Positions 1-14,849 are shown, numbered from the stretch's first letter. The stretch: DNA of 64,000 nucleotides from Octopus sinensis (GCF_006345805.1 NC_043013.1:56482001-56546000); one strand, 5' to 3'. A program made the numbers and translations. The notes: generated by a model not told the origin, from the sequence alone.

Positions 1-550
1 CAGAGTGTAAGCATCTTGAGAGAAAGGCATAAGAGGAATCAGATATGGTGTGCAAGAGAGACGATTGCACTGATATGGTCATGGGATGGATATCGATGAG
101 ACATCTATGTAAAGAAGTGCTGATCTCTTACTATGGAGGGAACCTGTGGTAGATGTAGATCCAGGAAGACATGGGACAAAGTGGTGAAGCATGATCTATG
201 AACTTTGAGCCTCATGGAGACAAAGTGGCTGAGTTCCTTTCAAGTGTTGGGCCTCATGGAGGCAATGCCCGAGACCTTTGGCTTATGTCATGTTTGAGAA
301 GAAGACCCATTAAGCCAAGCAAAATCACAGTCATGGAAGATACTGGCGTCACGCAAATGGCACCTGTGTGAGTGGAATGTAAAAGCACCCATTACATTCT
401 TAGAATGGTTGGCATTAGGAAGGGCATCCAGCCATAGAAAACCAGGCCAAATCAGACTGGAGTCCGGTGCAGCCTTCCTGCTCACCAGCCTTGGTCAAAC
501 CATCCATCCCATGCCAGCATGGAAAACAGACATTAAATGATGTTGATGAT
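1..550 (+). mobile_element. Decayed 3' end of an RTE-type LINE with its 3' UTR and (GAT)n-like tail
   Basis: About 50-200 resembles the RTE C-terminal region at about 60720-60880 (gagggaacctgtgg..aga..ccaaggaagac.tggga). 330-550 matches the RTE 3' UTR at 61470-61647 and ends acattaaatgatgttgatgat. Confidence 0.7.
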
Positions 551-680
551 ATATATACACACACACTCATATATATACATACATATAAATATATGTGTGT
601 GTATATATACACACACAGATACACACACACATATACATATATATATGTGTATGTGTGTGTGCATATATATATATATATAT

Positions 681-1085
<405 letters not shown>

Positions 1086-2917
1086 ACATAGACACACATG
1101 CACACACACGTGCGCGTGCAGGGAAATGTATATATTTCTTAGAAGATTCCTAATATACCTTAATTGCTTCCCCCTTTTCTTCTTCTCTCTGTAAATTAAA
1201 GAGAAATTCCAAACCAAAACATGCATTGTTTTGTTTGGATCTTTTTGACACTTTTTCTGTTTTATTTCTTTTTATATTCTTTGTCTTGAAGTTTGCATCT
1301 GTTCCATTCTTTTTTTCTACACACCCAAACAGACATGGAATATCATGTTCAGCAATAATTCTTTCTTTGTAAATTCTTTGATATTGTCTTACTAATTATT
1401 AAATAATTTATTTGGTAATGAAAAACCAGTTAATTGTTTCTCCACATTCTTTTTCTTAAAACTGGGAAGATTTATTTCTTGATGCCATATTTTCTTTTCT
1501 TTTCTTTTTTTTTTGTTATCATCAGAGGCAGTTTATTTTTCCTGATAAATTGCAGAAATTCTTGATAAAAAGAAATATAAGGTACAATGCAATCTTTTAG
1601 ACAATGGTTTCTACAAGAATACTCAATGCATTACTTTCTTTACCATTTCTCTGCTATTCCTTGAAAAACCTTTTCCAATTAATTTTCTAATTAATTATCT
1701 TTTATCATTTTGTCCATTACTTTTAAGGCTTTTTTTTCATTTATTAAAGTTAGGCAGGTACAATCCATTGCCTGGTTTTAATGCCTTCACACAACCTTTG
1801 ATTCCTTTTACTACATTCCACTCTGTGACAAGTATTTGGACCGAATCTCTAATCTGGGGAGAATATCCTCCCTTCTGCTAGTCTTAGAGATTCTGACTAA
1901 AGGGTCATATGCAGTGCCCCTGTCAATGAACCATTATGTATAGTTTACAGCTAGCAATAATCAAATGCCAGATAACCCTCAATGGCAATGGTACTACGTC
2001 CATGCAATTAAACACTCATGCACACTCATGCACTCACACACACACATACACATGCACACAGATTATTAATGTCACTCATTTTTGATATTTACAGAGTACA
2101 CTCATTTTGCAGTGTTCACATGTGTGGGATGGCATGTCTATTAGATGTGGATGCGACTAACCAGTGAACTGGAAAAATGTTTAGCATCTGGAAGCCCACC
2201 TTATTACAAACTACTGAATTGTAACAATATATTTAACAACTTGTGGCCCTCCCTCCCACTAATCCTTAAATTGTCTGAAACTGTTAAAGGGTCTGAGAAA
2301 AAGCCTTACTGTAACTATTCTAGCACATACCATTTTGGGCACAATGTCTCTGAGAATACTACTGCCAAATTCTATCAACTGCCAAATTCTATCAACTCAG
2401 GTCAGCAGCCTTTCCTTTTGGTTAATCCTTGGTAATACAGAGAGGGTAGAGTTACGTGTAGGAACAATTGCCAGTTTTCCTGAAAACTATCTCACCCAGG
2501 CTACAAATACATGTGCAGCTACATGGTGGATCCTTGTAGTAGTATACCCCCTGATCAGCCTCAAAGACCTTGCAAACATCATTGACATTTCTCTTCCTCT
2601 TTTTCAGCCGTCAGAATTAAAATAATCTCACTTAAAGAGATCAAATTGTTTCATTTGACGGAAAAGAGGTTGATTACTTTGGTGCAATTGATAATACATC
2701 TGTCATGATTACATAAGAACGAGTTGTTTCAGTCCCTCTGGCAGTTTTCTGTCTTTTTTTCTATGCCAAGGAGTTTTAACTCAAACATATTACAAACTAT
2801 TATTTATAGCCGAATTCACCTTTGAGATACATTAAATGACTTTTATAAAATAATTGTATATCTTAGCTCCAAGTTGACCAAAGTCCTCCCAGGAGTTTTC
2901 TACTAAATCTTTCTCTT

Positions 2918-2950
<33 letters not shown>

Positions 2951-5731
2951 TCCCTTCTATCTCTCTCCTCAACTCAGCACAATTCACAATCACAATGCTA
3001 CTTCTACAAATTCTTCTCTCTTTCACAACGTAACCAATGTCTGGTACTTCCGATTCTCAGCTCTTCTCTCTTCCCCTCTACTTCCCTTTGTATATCAATT
3101 AATAACTTTCTCTATCAACACAAAACACACAAATAAATAAATAAAAAATGCTTTACAATCTTTCAATGAAAAATGGTATTGAAAATTTAAGACCAGAATA
3201 ATATTTCCTCTATGGAAATAAGCAGAAGTGTCATAATATTTTGGATAGGAAAGAAGAAGGAACCAAGTAAATGGCCACTCTGAATACAGAGATAATTTCT
3301 CATAGCTTTATGGAAGTGGAAAAGAAAATAAAATTATGAATAAGCTAAATATTTTGAACTGTTATTCATCGATGTATATCATGAAAGATTGAATTATTTT
3401 TGTTCTGGCCTCATCAAACTATTTTAAAGGCTTTTGTAAGATATTTAATACAAATATATCATTATAAAAATGATTTACGGTTTCTTAAGAATTTACTGGC
3501 ATTTATAAGCTAAGCCATTCTCATGACACTTCAGCCTGTTCGTTTTAAACAAGGTGCAAAATGTCTTTCCCCTTTGAGAAAAGAAGACTATACACTTATT
3601 TGATGATAGTGAAGCAGCAAGGATAATTATGCTTTACCATTCAACAGTCTTCAGAATAATTCCATTGCAGCTTTCTAAGCCATTCAATCATGAGACCATT
3701 TAGGAAATATTCTGGTTCTGTTGAATTATTTCTCCAGAAAGCATTGTTGTTTCCAGTCACTTATTTACCAAAAACTCTTTCAAGTGATATTAATTTTCCT
3801 TTGGAAGTTGCTATGAAAAGAATCACTTTAAAATGTTGATTGTGAGGAATTACAACTCTAACCTGGTTCCGTCACGATAATGATTTCAAAACTAGATGCA
3901 GCCATTTTTCAAGGAATTCTTTGAGTTAAATTGTTTTCTTCATTAACTCGTATGGTATCAGTGATCAACATGTTTCTCCGGTCAAGGATCATAGTAATGT
4001 TTGGCTAATATTATTTCAACTTTGCTTTTATTTGTTGACATTTTACCATTTTCTATAAATGCAGCAGTGCTGGCGTTACAGCCACCACCATGAATGTTTC
4101 TGGTAGACTTTGATTTCTCGGTGAGATTTGATAGAAAACGGTTGTTAGTGAAGTGTGTTTCTGTGATATCACTGACCTATGATATAAGGCGAGGCCAACT
4201 TAATGCTTTGCTGGCATCTTTCAAACACACCAAAGTAGAACTAACACGGGAACCAATTAAGTGGTTCCATGAAATGCTAGTCACAACAGCCAGCTACCCC
4301 TTAAAGTGGGGCACATTGGCTAATGTAGTCTCAGCTCTGCAAAAGGTCTTGGCTTTACTCAACTTGATTTAACTGGGTTAAAAGAGAAAAAAAATTACCA
4401 AACACATTATTTGAAGAAACTGAAATGGATGGTCATGGCTGGAATACTGCTGATTGGGATTTGACTAAACAACAACAATAACAATAAAATAGAAATGGTC
4501 TGTTATTTGCTTAGCAAATAACATTGGCACCGTTGCAAGGTGCCAATGTCCTGTTTCATCAGGGAAAGAGAGGAGCTAATTCAAACGGAGCAGTAGATGT
4601 TGTAGTAGCAGTAGAGCAGGCAGATGGAGGAGGCAGCACATCAGTGAAATGGAGATTGGAGTCTGTTGATGAGGGAGCCATTATGGGTTAGACTATTGTC
4701 CTTTTCTTTTTCTGTGAACTTCAATGTTTGTTCACGAAGCAGCAGCAGCAGCACCACCTCCTCCTCCACCACTACCGCCGCTACCACCACCTCCTCCTCC
4801 ACCACTGCCGCCGCTACCACCACCTCCTCCTCCACCTCCTACACTATCACCTCTCCACTACTTCCTCCCCCTCCACCACCATCACCACTTCCTAAATGAG
4901 AGATCAATAATATGATTGATTTCTGTAAAAGATCAACTACTGATAAAAAGGGAAATATTTCCAGGTTTTGAAGAGGAAGAAGTCCAGTTTTGTTATGTTT
5001 GTGGAATCCCAGAGAAAGATCCCCAGAGATTGCAAGGCTGAGCATTTGCAGTGATTTTAAATTTGAAATGGATGCTGCCCAAAATGAGGGAGGGCAACTT
5101 ACAAAATATCTTATGAAGGAATCACCAATTAGTGACAACTAGGTTTAATGAATCTCCTGTTTCTTTAATCGTCTTCAGTTATAGTTTTTGTGTAGTTTCT
5201 GCATCTCTTCATTCTTTCATTCTTGTCACGTAATCTAATTCAAAAAATGAAATGAGTTTTGTTGACAGGTACATTATTTAGTCCTTGTGAACTCGTAACC
5301 TAGTCTATTAAGGATTGGAACATTGCTGTGTGGTTAAAAACTGTTTTGAAATCTTTTAAGAACCTAAGGGCCATTAGCTGTATAGAACTCTAGGATTGGT
5401 GTGTAATCATATATCAAGTGAAACTTTGAGGGTGAAATTAGGTTGACAGAAACAGTGGAAGCCCTTCAAATAGATTTTATCTGATGTAAAATGATTTCTT
5501 CAACCACAAACCCCCGAAGCTCTGAAAACTTCATAGGTATCCTCCTTTCTTTCTGTTGACTAATCCATACAAATAATATTTTGTATTGTACCTTTGTATC
5601 GGTAGCAGTATCTATATGACATTCATTGATATATTTTATGGTATTTTGCATTGGTAATGATATCGATATAAAATACATTAGTATATTGTAAAATATATGT
5701 ATTTATCTTTTATCTTTTCCTTGTTTCCCTC

Positions 5732-6072
5732 ATTGGACTGTGACCATGCTGGAGCACCACCTGGAGGATTTTAGCCAAACAGATCGACCCCAGAGCTTAA
5801 TTTCTAAGCCCGGTACTTATTCAATCTCTTTTGTTAAACCACTAAAATATAGAAATGCAAAGAAACGAACACCAGCTGCCAAGTCATGATGGGGGTCAGA
5901 CATATATATAAAGACACACACACACATAAAGGACAGGCCTCCCTTAGCTTCCATCCACTAAATCTACTCACAAGGCTTTTGTTGACCTGGGCTATAGTAA
6001 AAGATGTCTGATCTGAGTAACTTGCAATGGGACTGAACTCAGAACCATGTGGTTGAAAAGTAAACATCTTAA
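5732..6072 (-). mobile_element. tRNA-headed SINE family A, decayed copy
   Basis: Matches the copies at 14981-15395 and 25831-26230 (gactgtgaccatgctggagcacc ... cccactgaactcagaaccatgtgg-like segments). Confidence 0.7.
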
Positions 6073-6111
6073 CATACAGATGTGTGTGTGTGTACACACA
6101 CACATATTTAG

Positions 6112-6605
6112 TGAAAGAAAAAATGGGGAAAGATGGATGTATGAGTAATTTATTTCTATAATATAGAGATGTTGAAATTTTTTATAATAACAATACAAAT
6201 AAAGTATGAGTCATAAAGTTCAACAAGAAAATGTGAAAAACCTACAAATATGCAATTCTGAGCATTTGCTATCATTTTTAACTAAATGAGAAAGAGCTTC
6301 TTCGGGGTTATTATGAGCTTATAGAACAAAAGTTAACATTTTTGTTGGAAGGATACACACTATTCTGTATGTATCCTTCCAACAAAAATGTTAACTTTTG
6401 TTCTATAAGCTCATAATAACCCCGAAGAAGCTCTTTCTCATTTAGTTAAAAATGATAGCAAATGCTCAGAATTGCATATTTGTAGGTTTTTCACATTTTC
6501 TTGTTGAACTTTATGACTCATACTTTATTTGTATTGTTATTATAAAAAATATATTATAGAAATAAATTATTCATACATCCATCTTTCCCCATTTTCTTTC
6601 TTTCA
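6112..6605. repeat. Long foldback inverted repeat: 181-bp perfect arms, 12-nt loop, imperfect outer extension
   Basis: 6177-6357 is the reverse complement of 6370-6550; loop cactattctgta at 6358-6369. The outer arms continue with a 12-nt indel and small mismatches. Confidence 0.95.
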
Positions 6606-7224
6606 ATATTAATAATATGTATTACTACAGTAATCCTTAATATATTGCAGAGACCTTCTCCGTACATGAGAGCGATTAACCAGTGGAATTGTTTTGGATT
6701 ATATAATCCCTAATGTGGATATAACATCCTTGAATTGATTATATATAGATGTATATATAAATAACTCATCAATATTTTGTGTGGGACTTTTGTATTTATA
6801 GTGATATCTATATAAAATAGAATAACGTAGTTATGGTCCCTATGATGGCAAGTTAGCAGAGTGGTCAGCAATGCTGGACAAAATGCTCAGCAGTATTCAT
6901 CCCATTTATAAGGGGGTGGGCTGGCGGAACAGTTACCGTGCTGGACAAGATGTTTTGTTGCATTTCATTGGCCTCTGTGTTCTGAATAAAAAAATTCAGC
7001 CAAAGTTGTCTTTGCCTTTTATTCTTTCAGCATCAATAGAACAAGGCAACTGTTCAACAGTAGCATCAATGTAATGGACTCACCCCACCCCCTAAAAATT
7101 GGCTGGCCTTGTGCCAAAATTTGAAACCTCCATATCTATGGTACCATATATTGCCAATGGTTGCAGCATACAGCACATAAATATATTGCACATTACCTTG
7201 CATTTGCAATGATATGTATGTAAC

Positions 7225-7660
7225 ATCATCATCATCATCGTTTAACGTCTGCTTTCTGTGCTGGCATGGGTTGGACGATTTGACTGAGGACTGGTGAACC
7301 AGATGGCTGCACCAGGCTCCAATCTTGATCTGGCAGAGTTTCTACAGCTGGATGCCCTTCGTAACGCCAACACACTGAGAGTGTATTGGGTGCTTTTAAT
7401 GTGCCCCACCAGCACAGGAGCCAGTCAGGCAGTACTGACAACAGCTATGCTCAAATGGTGTTTTTTATGGGCCATCTGCACAGGAGCCAGCACTGGCAAC
7501 GACCTCACTCGAATGTTTTGTTCACGTGCCAGGAAGGCAACACTGGTTACAATCACACTCAAATGGTGCTTTTTACATGCCACCGGCATGGAAGCCAGTC
7601 AGCTGCTCTGGCAATGATCACCCTCGGATGGTGCTCTTAGCGCTCCACTAGCACGGATGC
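7225..7660 (-). mobile_element. RTE 3' UTR-derived repeat (family C) with (GAT)n tail and internal subrepeats
   Basis: Reverse complement of the RTE 3' UTR at 61110-61647 (catcatcatcgtttaacgtc.. gctggatgccctt.ctaacgccaac). Confidence 0.8.
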
Positions 7661-8616
7661 CAGTTATCAATATTTTGTATAGCACCTGGTAATAGCTGAA
7701 ATGTGTTGATTTGTTTAGTTATTGTTGAGAGACATACAAGAAACATAGACAACGTTCAGTGTCTCCATGAACTCTAAATTTCACTCTTTAAACTTCCTAC
7801 AATCTTTTATATGGAAGCAGAGACTTGAAATATTGCATCTTGGAACAAGTTTTTTTCACAGCAAGAAATCTACAGAAGTCTCCACTTTTCTCAGTGAAAC
7901 AGCTTAACCTCACTCAACAAACTTCCTACAGTTTTTTAATATGGAAGCAGTTTTACATCTTTGAGCATCAATGAATACAGGATTGCTAGAACTACAAAAA
8001 CTGCTTAAATATTTGTTTTCTGCTGACAACTTTCATATCGTATGTCTGCTCAACCAGTGAAGACTAGATATGACTATTGAAAACCACACCACCATCACCA
8101 CTACTGCCTGCGCCGCCATTGCCACCTCCACAGCTGCCATCTCAACCACCACCACCACCACCACCACCGCCACCACCACAACAGTGCTATAGAGTTAACC
8201 TCGGACTAACCAGGATGGATGGAATTATTGGAGACCAAAGAAGTCAATTAAAACTGTCATTTACAGATTTGATATAGACAAACTAAAGAACCATTAGAAT
8301 CCACGACAAGCTGTTGTTGTTGTTGGTGTTGTTGTTGTTATTGTTTAGTTCCTGGTCAACTCTCATTGACCACATCTTTGATCAGAAGCATTCCAAATAA
8401 GCAATATACATCCTGTCATTTAAAAAAAAATTTTATTGTCTATTTTGGATTATATTGTTGCATCTCTGTTCATTTAAGATTGCAGGACTTAATTCATGAA
8501 AGATTTGACAGTCATTTCTAGCATGTCCAACATCCATATAAAGATTTCCATCACATTCATCAGAATATTCATTGAAGCTGCCAGTCTCTGAGTTTTGCAT
8601 CTACATTTTAATATAA

Positions 8617-9030
8617 GGTGGCAAGCTGGCAGAATCGTTAGCATGCCAGGCGAAACACTTAGTGGTATTTCGTCTGCCATTAGTTCTGAGTTCAAATTCC
8701 ACCAAGGTCGATTTTGCCTTTCATCCTTTCGGGGTCGATAAATTAAGTACCAGTTTTGCACTGGGGTCGATGTAATCGATTTAATCCGTTTGTCTGTCCT
8801 TGTTTGTCCTCTCTGTGTTTAGCCCCTTGTTGGTAGTAAAGAAATAGGTATTTCGTCTGTCTTTGCTTTCTGAGTTCAAATTCCGCTGAGGCTGACTTTG
8901 CATTTCATCCTTTCAGGGTCGATTAAATAAGTACCAGCTACACACTAGGGTCGATGTAATCGACTTAATCCCTATGTTTGTCCTTGTTTGTTCCCCCTAT
9001 GTTTAGCTCCCTGTGGGCAATAAAGAAAGA
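8617..9030 (+). mobile_element. Two tandem copies of tRNA-headed SINE family B
   Basis: Head tggcagaatcgttag (A-box-like), B-box-like gagttcaaattcc at both copies, shared body ttcatcctttcggggtcgataaattaagtaccag. Confidence 0.8.
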
Positions 9031-9504
9031 AATATAAGTAGTTCCCCATCATTAAAGTCAGCTAATATTAGTTTAAAGTAAAAAATGTATAACAAAATAT
9101 ATACACACCACTGCTTGGTGCTGTCAATCCCTATTTCATTTATGGTGAGCTGCTTAATGGCACAACTGGTCATCGAGTGATGACAGGAATATCATAAGAG
9201 GCACTTGTCTCTCATGTCAGTTCACAGACTTCTCAGTCTTTGTGGCTGAAGAGGAGATAACCACTCTGAAATACAGGCATCCCACAGCCTGGCAAGGTGA
9301 CACTGTGAGCTGACTCAGTCTATTTACACCTGTTTGTCTACAATGAGAAACTTTCTCCATGACGAAATACAGTGAATGCTTTTTCTTGCAGGTTCGAATT
9401 CGCCTCAAACACATTTGAATTGGTGGCAAGTCTGTATTTATAACTATTTTCTGGAAATGATGTTGAGCTGTACGTTAGCTACGATCCTGAACTTTTATGA
9501 GCAA

Positions 9505-9652
9505 GAGTGGCTGTGTGGTAATAATCTTGCTTCCCAGACACATGGTTCTGAGTTCAGTCCCACTGCGTGGCACCTTGGGCAAGGGTCTTCTTCTATAGCC
9601 TCAGGCCAACCAAATCCTTGTGAGTGGATTTGGTAGATGGAAACTGAAAGAA
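9505..9652 (+). mobile_element. SINE family A, 5' portion
   Basis: gagtggctgtgtggt head, B-box-like gagttcagtccc, and ggcaccttgggcaag, which resembles the CORE-SINE central motif. Confidence 0.75.
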
Positions 9653-9686
<34 letters not shown>

Positions 9687-10039
9687 CAAAAATGGGACAA
9701 GAATGCAAATCATCCAGACAGCTGATACAGAAAAGGGACAACAAAACATCTAGAGAGACAATACCAAGAAAACAAGGACGTGTCATTTGGAGTTTTCTTT
9801 CCTCAGTCCAGATTATCTTTGCAATTTCAGCTGGTTATACTTGAGATTGTTCCAATCTGGCCAGCCCCAAGGAAAAACTAAGCTAAGAGCACTAGATTCC
9901 TTGGTAGAATTGCTACCAGAAAGAAACACCTGGTAACAGGTGTAGAGGCATTTTGATTGGTGTGAAGATTGAGATAAACTGTTCTGGACATGAACAAACT
10001 GTGCCAGAAAATATTGGTTAATGATAGAGATATCCAGGC

Positions 10040-10190
10040 AGAGCTGGTAAGATTCAAAAGCATCTCTACTTGACTTTCCAAGCAACTTCTAACAGTTTAG
10101 GACTGGACATGAAGAGGCCCAAATGCTACATATGTGGTGCCACCAATCATCTAAGGATAGCTAATGGAAATTCTGCCCTGCAGTTAATTC
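10040..10190 (+). pseudogene. Possible decayed retroelement ORF1/gag zinc-knuckle remnant
   Basis: Manual translation gives ...LGLDMKRPKCYICGATNHLRIAN. This is a CX2CX4H pattern lacking the last Cys, and the frame has upstream stops. Confidence 0.3.
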
Positions 10191-10541
10191 TATGACATCA
10201 TTAGTAGAAACGACAGCAAGAAATGTTGCAACAGTAACATAACCGGCGACGAAAACTAAAAGAAGCCTCTAAGTGCCCTCTCCACTTCAGCAAAACACAG
10301 ACATTGCACAAAGGCAAAACTTGGATCTTTCTCCTCTGTTGTGAGGTCATATGAAAACAAAACATCTGCCACATAACAGCATTGGCCCCAAGGTGGCCTG
10401 TAAACACAGCAACAACCACAAAACAATAATACTAACGACAACAACAACTGCAGCATAGACTTCCAAACTTACAAGAATTCCTCTTCAACTTCACTTTTGT
10501 AGACAGAAACAAGAAGTTGATAAACCACAAAGCATCCTCAC

Positions 10542-10602
<61 letters not shown>

Positions 10603-11779
10603 TGCAAATGTGGAGAACTTTGAAAAGCATATCTCCAAATCAGTGGCAAGATGACTTCTAATGAAGAGCAGAGTCCAAGATTACTGAAGAGGAGAGACGA
10701 AGATTATTTCTTGTATTCCTGGGAAGGAAGTGGTCAAATCATTACCAAACTGACAACTTGGCCTAAATATTTCCAACAGACTGGAGGCATCCAAGTGGTT
10801 GGTGGGTGGGTATGAATGAATCAGTAAATGGATAAGTCTACCATACTAAAAGGGGGAATGGTGTCTCTCACAGGTTCCAACACAGTTTTTGTTAGCCAAA
10901 GTTCCACTTTCAACACTTTGGTTGACTAAAAATCTTAGATGACCTTTAACCAAAGATACTGAGCTATGGAATTGAAATCAAGTCCATAGAGTACAAAAGT
11001 GGACTTTTTTTAACTACTCAGCCAAGACTCTTATCTACCTTAGAAATCATCAATATTATAAGAAATTATTGTTATTATTATTATTATTAAAGGGAAAATC
11101 AGAGCAATGTGGATTTTATGTTATTAGATTTATAAATTTACTTTAGTAAATTATATAACTAAAATCGATCTGTGCCCTATAGCTTTATCTAAACAGTGGG
11201 GGAAAAAAAAAGCATTTATCATATTAGATCATCTTTTAAATAATTTGTATTAAACTGATTAAAAATTAGATGCCAATTTTAAATCGCATGGTCATATTTT
11301 ATCTGCATAGAAAATTCTTGGCAAAATATTGTCTGAAAGCTTTTCTTGGAATATTGGTAGTGCCAATTCCTATCATTACTTCAAGTCATTGTCTTTTGTC
11401 TTGAACCTCGAATTTGATAAATATTGGATTTATCTGATTAGAACTAATTATGTTTGAAAAATAAACAAACATTTTTATTTATTTTTATATTTATGTGACA
11501 GGAAACAAAATTCAATTAGCTGCCTAATTAAAAAAAGATTAAAAAAAAAACACGAGAAGAACAATAACATTTTGTGAGGGCAAAAATATTCTAAAATAAA
11601 TTTATTTATTTTGTAATTAAATCCAACCCATTCTGCTTTTCCAGACGAGACAATGTCCTTGTTGCATGTAGGTTAGCATGCTTGCTTGGTTACAGTTATA
11701 TCTCTGGTTCAGTTTCTCTTCAAGATTTTACAATTTTCATAATTTAGAATAATATTAATAATACTAAACCTTTTCACTC

Positions 11780-12170
11780 TAGGCACAAGGCCTGAAAATC
11801 TGGGAGATGGGGCAAGTTGATTATACTGACCCCAGTGCTTGACTGGTTCTTACTTTATCAACTCCAAAAGAATAAAAGGCAAAGCTGACTTCAGTGGAAT
11901 TTGAACTCAGATTGTAAAGCTGAAAGAAATATCACCAGGTGTGCAAAAAATTCTGCCTTTGTAATAATCAAAATAGTGATTCTAGTTTTGGAGAAGGAGA
12001 TAAGTCGTTTACATCAAACCCCAGTACATAACTGGTACTTATTTCATCGACCCTGAAAGGATGAAAGGCAGAGTTGGCCTTGGCAGAATTTGAACTCATG
12101 ATGTAAAGACAGATGAAATGCCACTAGACATTTTGCCCACCATGCAAATGATTCTGCCAGCTCACAACCT
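11780..12170 (-). mobile_element. Two adjacent SINE family B copies
   Basis: aggcacaaggcctgaaa.. ccccagt.c..actggtacttattt.atcgacc.tgaaaggatgaaaggca.. gaatttgaactca, the reverse complement of the 8617 copies. Confidence 0.75.
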
Positions 12171-12172
12171 TT

Positions 12173-12217
<45 letters not shown>

Positions 12218-14615
12218 TAATAATAACAATAATAATAGTAATAGTAATAATGTACCCCTATCAGACGGGTAGTCATGATAGGTATACTGGGCCTTGTATA
12301 TTTGTAACCCAGTGTCACTTTGATGGCATGGCTACTCTGTAACTCAATAATAATAATAATGATGATGATGATGATGATGATGATAATAATAATAATAATA
12401 ACAACAACAACAATAGTGTTATTATTATAAAACAAGGTCACACATTTATCGAGAATTGTATCAACCCCAGTACATGACTGGTATATTTTATTTTTCATCT
12501 TTGAAAGGATAAAATATCTAAATCAACCTTGCTTGCATTTGGTCATATTTCAGAAAAGACATGCAACAAATGGTACCAGACATTTTGTTTGATGCTCTGC
12601 CAGTTTTTGCCAATCCTCCACCACCACCACCATAACAACAATGAAAACAGCAACAACAACAACAACAGCAATAACAAGGATTTCTTTTATTATCCTGAGG
12701 GGGGTCATCACAGGGTGTGTCTATAGTTTGTGTTGGTGATCACAAAATTGTCGAAGGGAAAGAAGTGCAAAAGACAGTGAAAGACAATGAAATTATGGAC
12801 AGAATGTGGTAACATGAATGATGCAGTTCTCCTGAAACAAGAGACATTCCAACAAAGGCCAATCAAAGAATCTCACAGACACAGGATTACCCTGATCACC
12901 AAAAGGCATAAGTATATATAACATGAACTGCTTATATGATGATGGAAAAACACTTACAATGAAGTAAACCTCCATATTATTTCCTGAAATAAACAGTGTT
13001 ATGTAATCGCCTTTTGTAACCAATGCAGGAAATATGAAATGGTTAGAAACAGAGAAGAATTACATTAGAAAACAAACCAAAATATATTCCAATGCCATAA
13101 TACAACAAACCATCCATCCAACCAGCCAGCCAGCAGCCAACCATCCCTTTCCAACTAAGTTATGGATCAATGGTACAATGCCAAATGTCTAACCTTGAAA
13201 TGATGAGTTTAAATAGACATTCTAAATGCATGCTTTGAAAATGTAGGAATATTCTTGCAGACTGTTGCAGTATAAATGGTAGGAAGCAGTTTCTGTGACA
13301 GTGAATGACGAGTCTACAGGAATTAATAAATAACAGAACGGAAACTTATTAGTCGCAGTTTGAGTTATTCAGTCCATCTCACAGAGATTTTGACATTTGT
13401 CTATTCAGTGGTCAGTCTTTAGTTGTTGTTGTTGCTGTTGTTTAACACCTGGTCAGATCTTGTTGAGCATATATCTATGATCAAAGAATTTCTCATATTG
13501 ACCAGCCTGTCTCTTGTGTTTGGATGCATATTTATGTGTATATTTATAATCATCATCATCATCATCATCCTTTAACGCTCATGTTCTGTGCTGGCATGGG
13601 TTGGATGGTTTGAAAGGATCCAGGGGACCCAAGGAACATGTAGTGTTCCAGGGTCTGCCTTGGCATGGTTGCTGTAGCTGGACGTCCTTCTTCATGCAAA
13701 CTACTTTACTGCATGTACTGGGTGCATTTCTGTGTCACCTGCACAAGGTTGCTCTGTAGTAGTATGTGTGTGTATGTGTGCATGTGTGTGACTGAGTGTG
13801 TGTGTGTGAGACTGTGTGCATTGTGTATGTCGGTACAGGCAAGGCATTCCAAACAGTAACTAATGGCAAGCAATATGCTATTTATACTTATAACAGCCGG
13901 TCCCTTACATGGAGCAATTTGAATTTCAAAATTCCCAATCATTAGATTGATTCCAAGTGTGGTATAAAAGAATCGGTTTTTTGGGGGGAATTATCAGGGA
14001 ACAGAAGAAGATGAAGAGGATGTTGATGCTCAAATACTGATTGAATTAAAATGAAGATCCATGATTTTAACTCTTTAACATTTAGATCAATCAATCAAAT
14101 GTAATGCTTACTTATTATTTTGAATCAATCATACCTTATCCCAGCTTCTGAGATTTCAAAGATGTAATTGCTTATTTTAACAATGACATTGTAAGGTAGG
14201 TGTGAGAGGCTGGATCTGTCCACTTTGACAATACAACAGGTAGAATATTTAGGCCAAATGCATCAACATATTTTGAAACATGTATAGAGTGATAAAATTA
14301 ACTTAATTAGATTTTAATCCCTAAGTTAGCACTTAATTTATCTATATTCCATAGAAAAGTTCTGTGGCATATCTGAAGCAAACAAGAGTATATTGGCGTG
14401 AAAAGCAAAAGTACCTATGATATTCTTCAGTTTGAAATTCAACCAAAATGCATTTTACCAGAGTGAAATACATGCTTGAGAGTGCAATGTGTGGCCTTGC
14501 AATTTATCATAAATCATAATATTTTCTCTCTTTCTTTTTTTTCCTCTAGTTGCATTCTTTGTCAGTATTTGAATGTATGCTTTGCTCTTTTGGATACTCT
14601 TGGAATAGATAATGT

Positions 14616-14680
14616 AATGTTGTGTTAACAACGAACAAGATTAGGACAAATGTCTGTCGAATGTAAATAATGTACATAAT
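14616..14680 (+). mobile_element. 3' fragment of the HHR-bearing SINE, starting at the helix III palindrome
   Basis: aatgttgtgttaacaacgaacaagattaggacaaatgtctgtcgaatgtaaataatgtacataat aligns ungapped with the reverse complement of 49264-49328; no similarity further upstream. Confidence 0.75.
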
Positions 14681-14818
14681 TCCTCAATTCTTAAATTCAG
14701 AACTGTAAATAATGTCATATTTGCAATATAGGGCTTGGTGACTGACAGAGCATACAGCCATAAAAACCTGCCTCAAATCCAGTCCTGGTAAAAGGGATGT
14801 TATATGAATGGAATGCAC

Positions 14819-14849
<31 letters not shown>

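Noticed and set aside
4724-4915. Poly-proline ORF resembling a formin FH1 region
   Set aside because: It is a 33-bp minisatellite built from CCA/CCT/CCG triplets; similar tracts occur at 8090-8180 and 58320-58400. There is no flanking domain or splice support.
4839-5138. Leucine-rich ORF that superficially resembles an LRR
   Set aside because: No regular LxxLxLxxN spacing and no credible splice sites or neighbouring exons.
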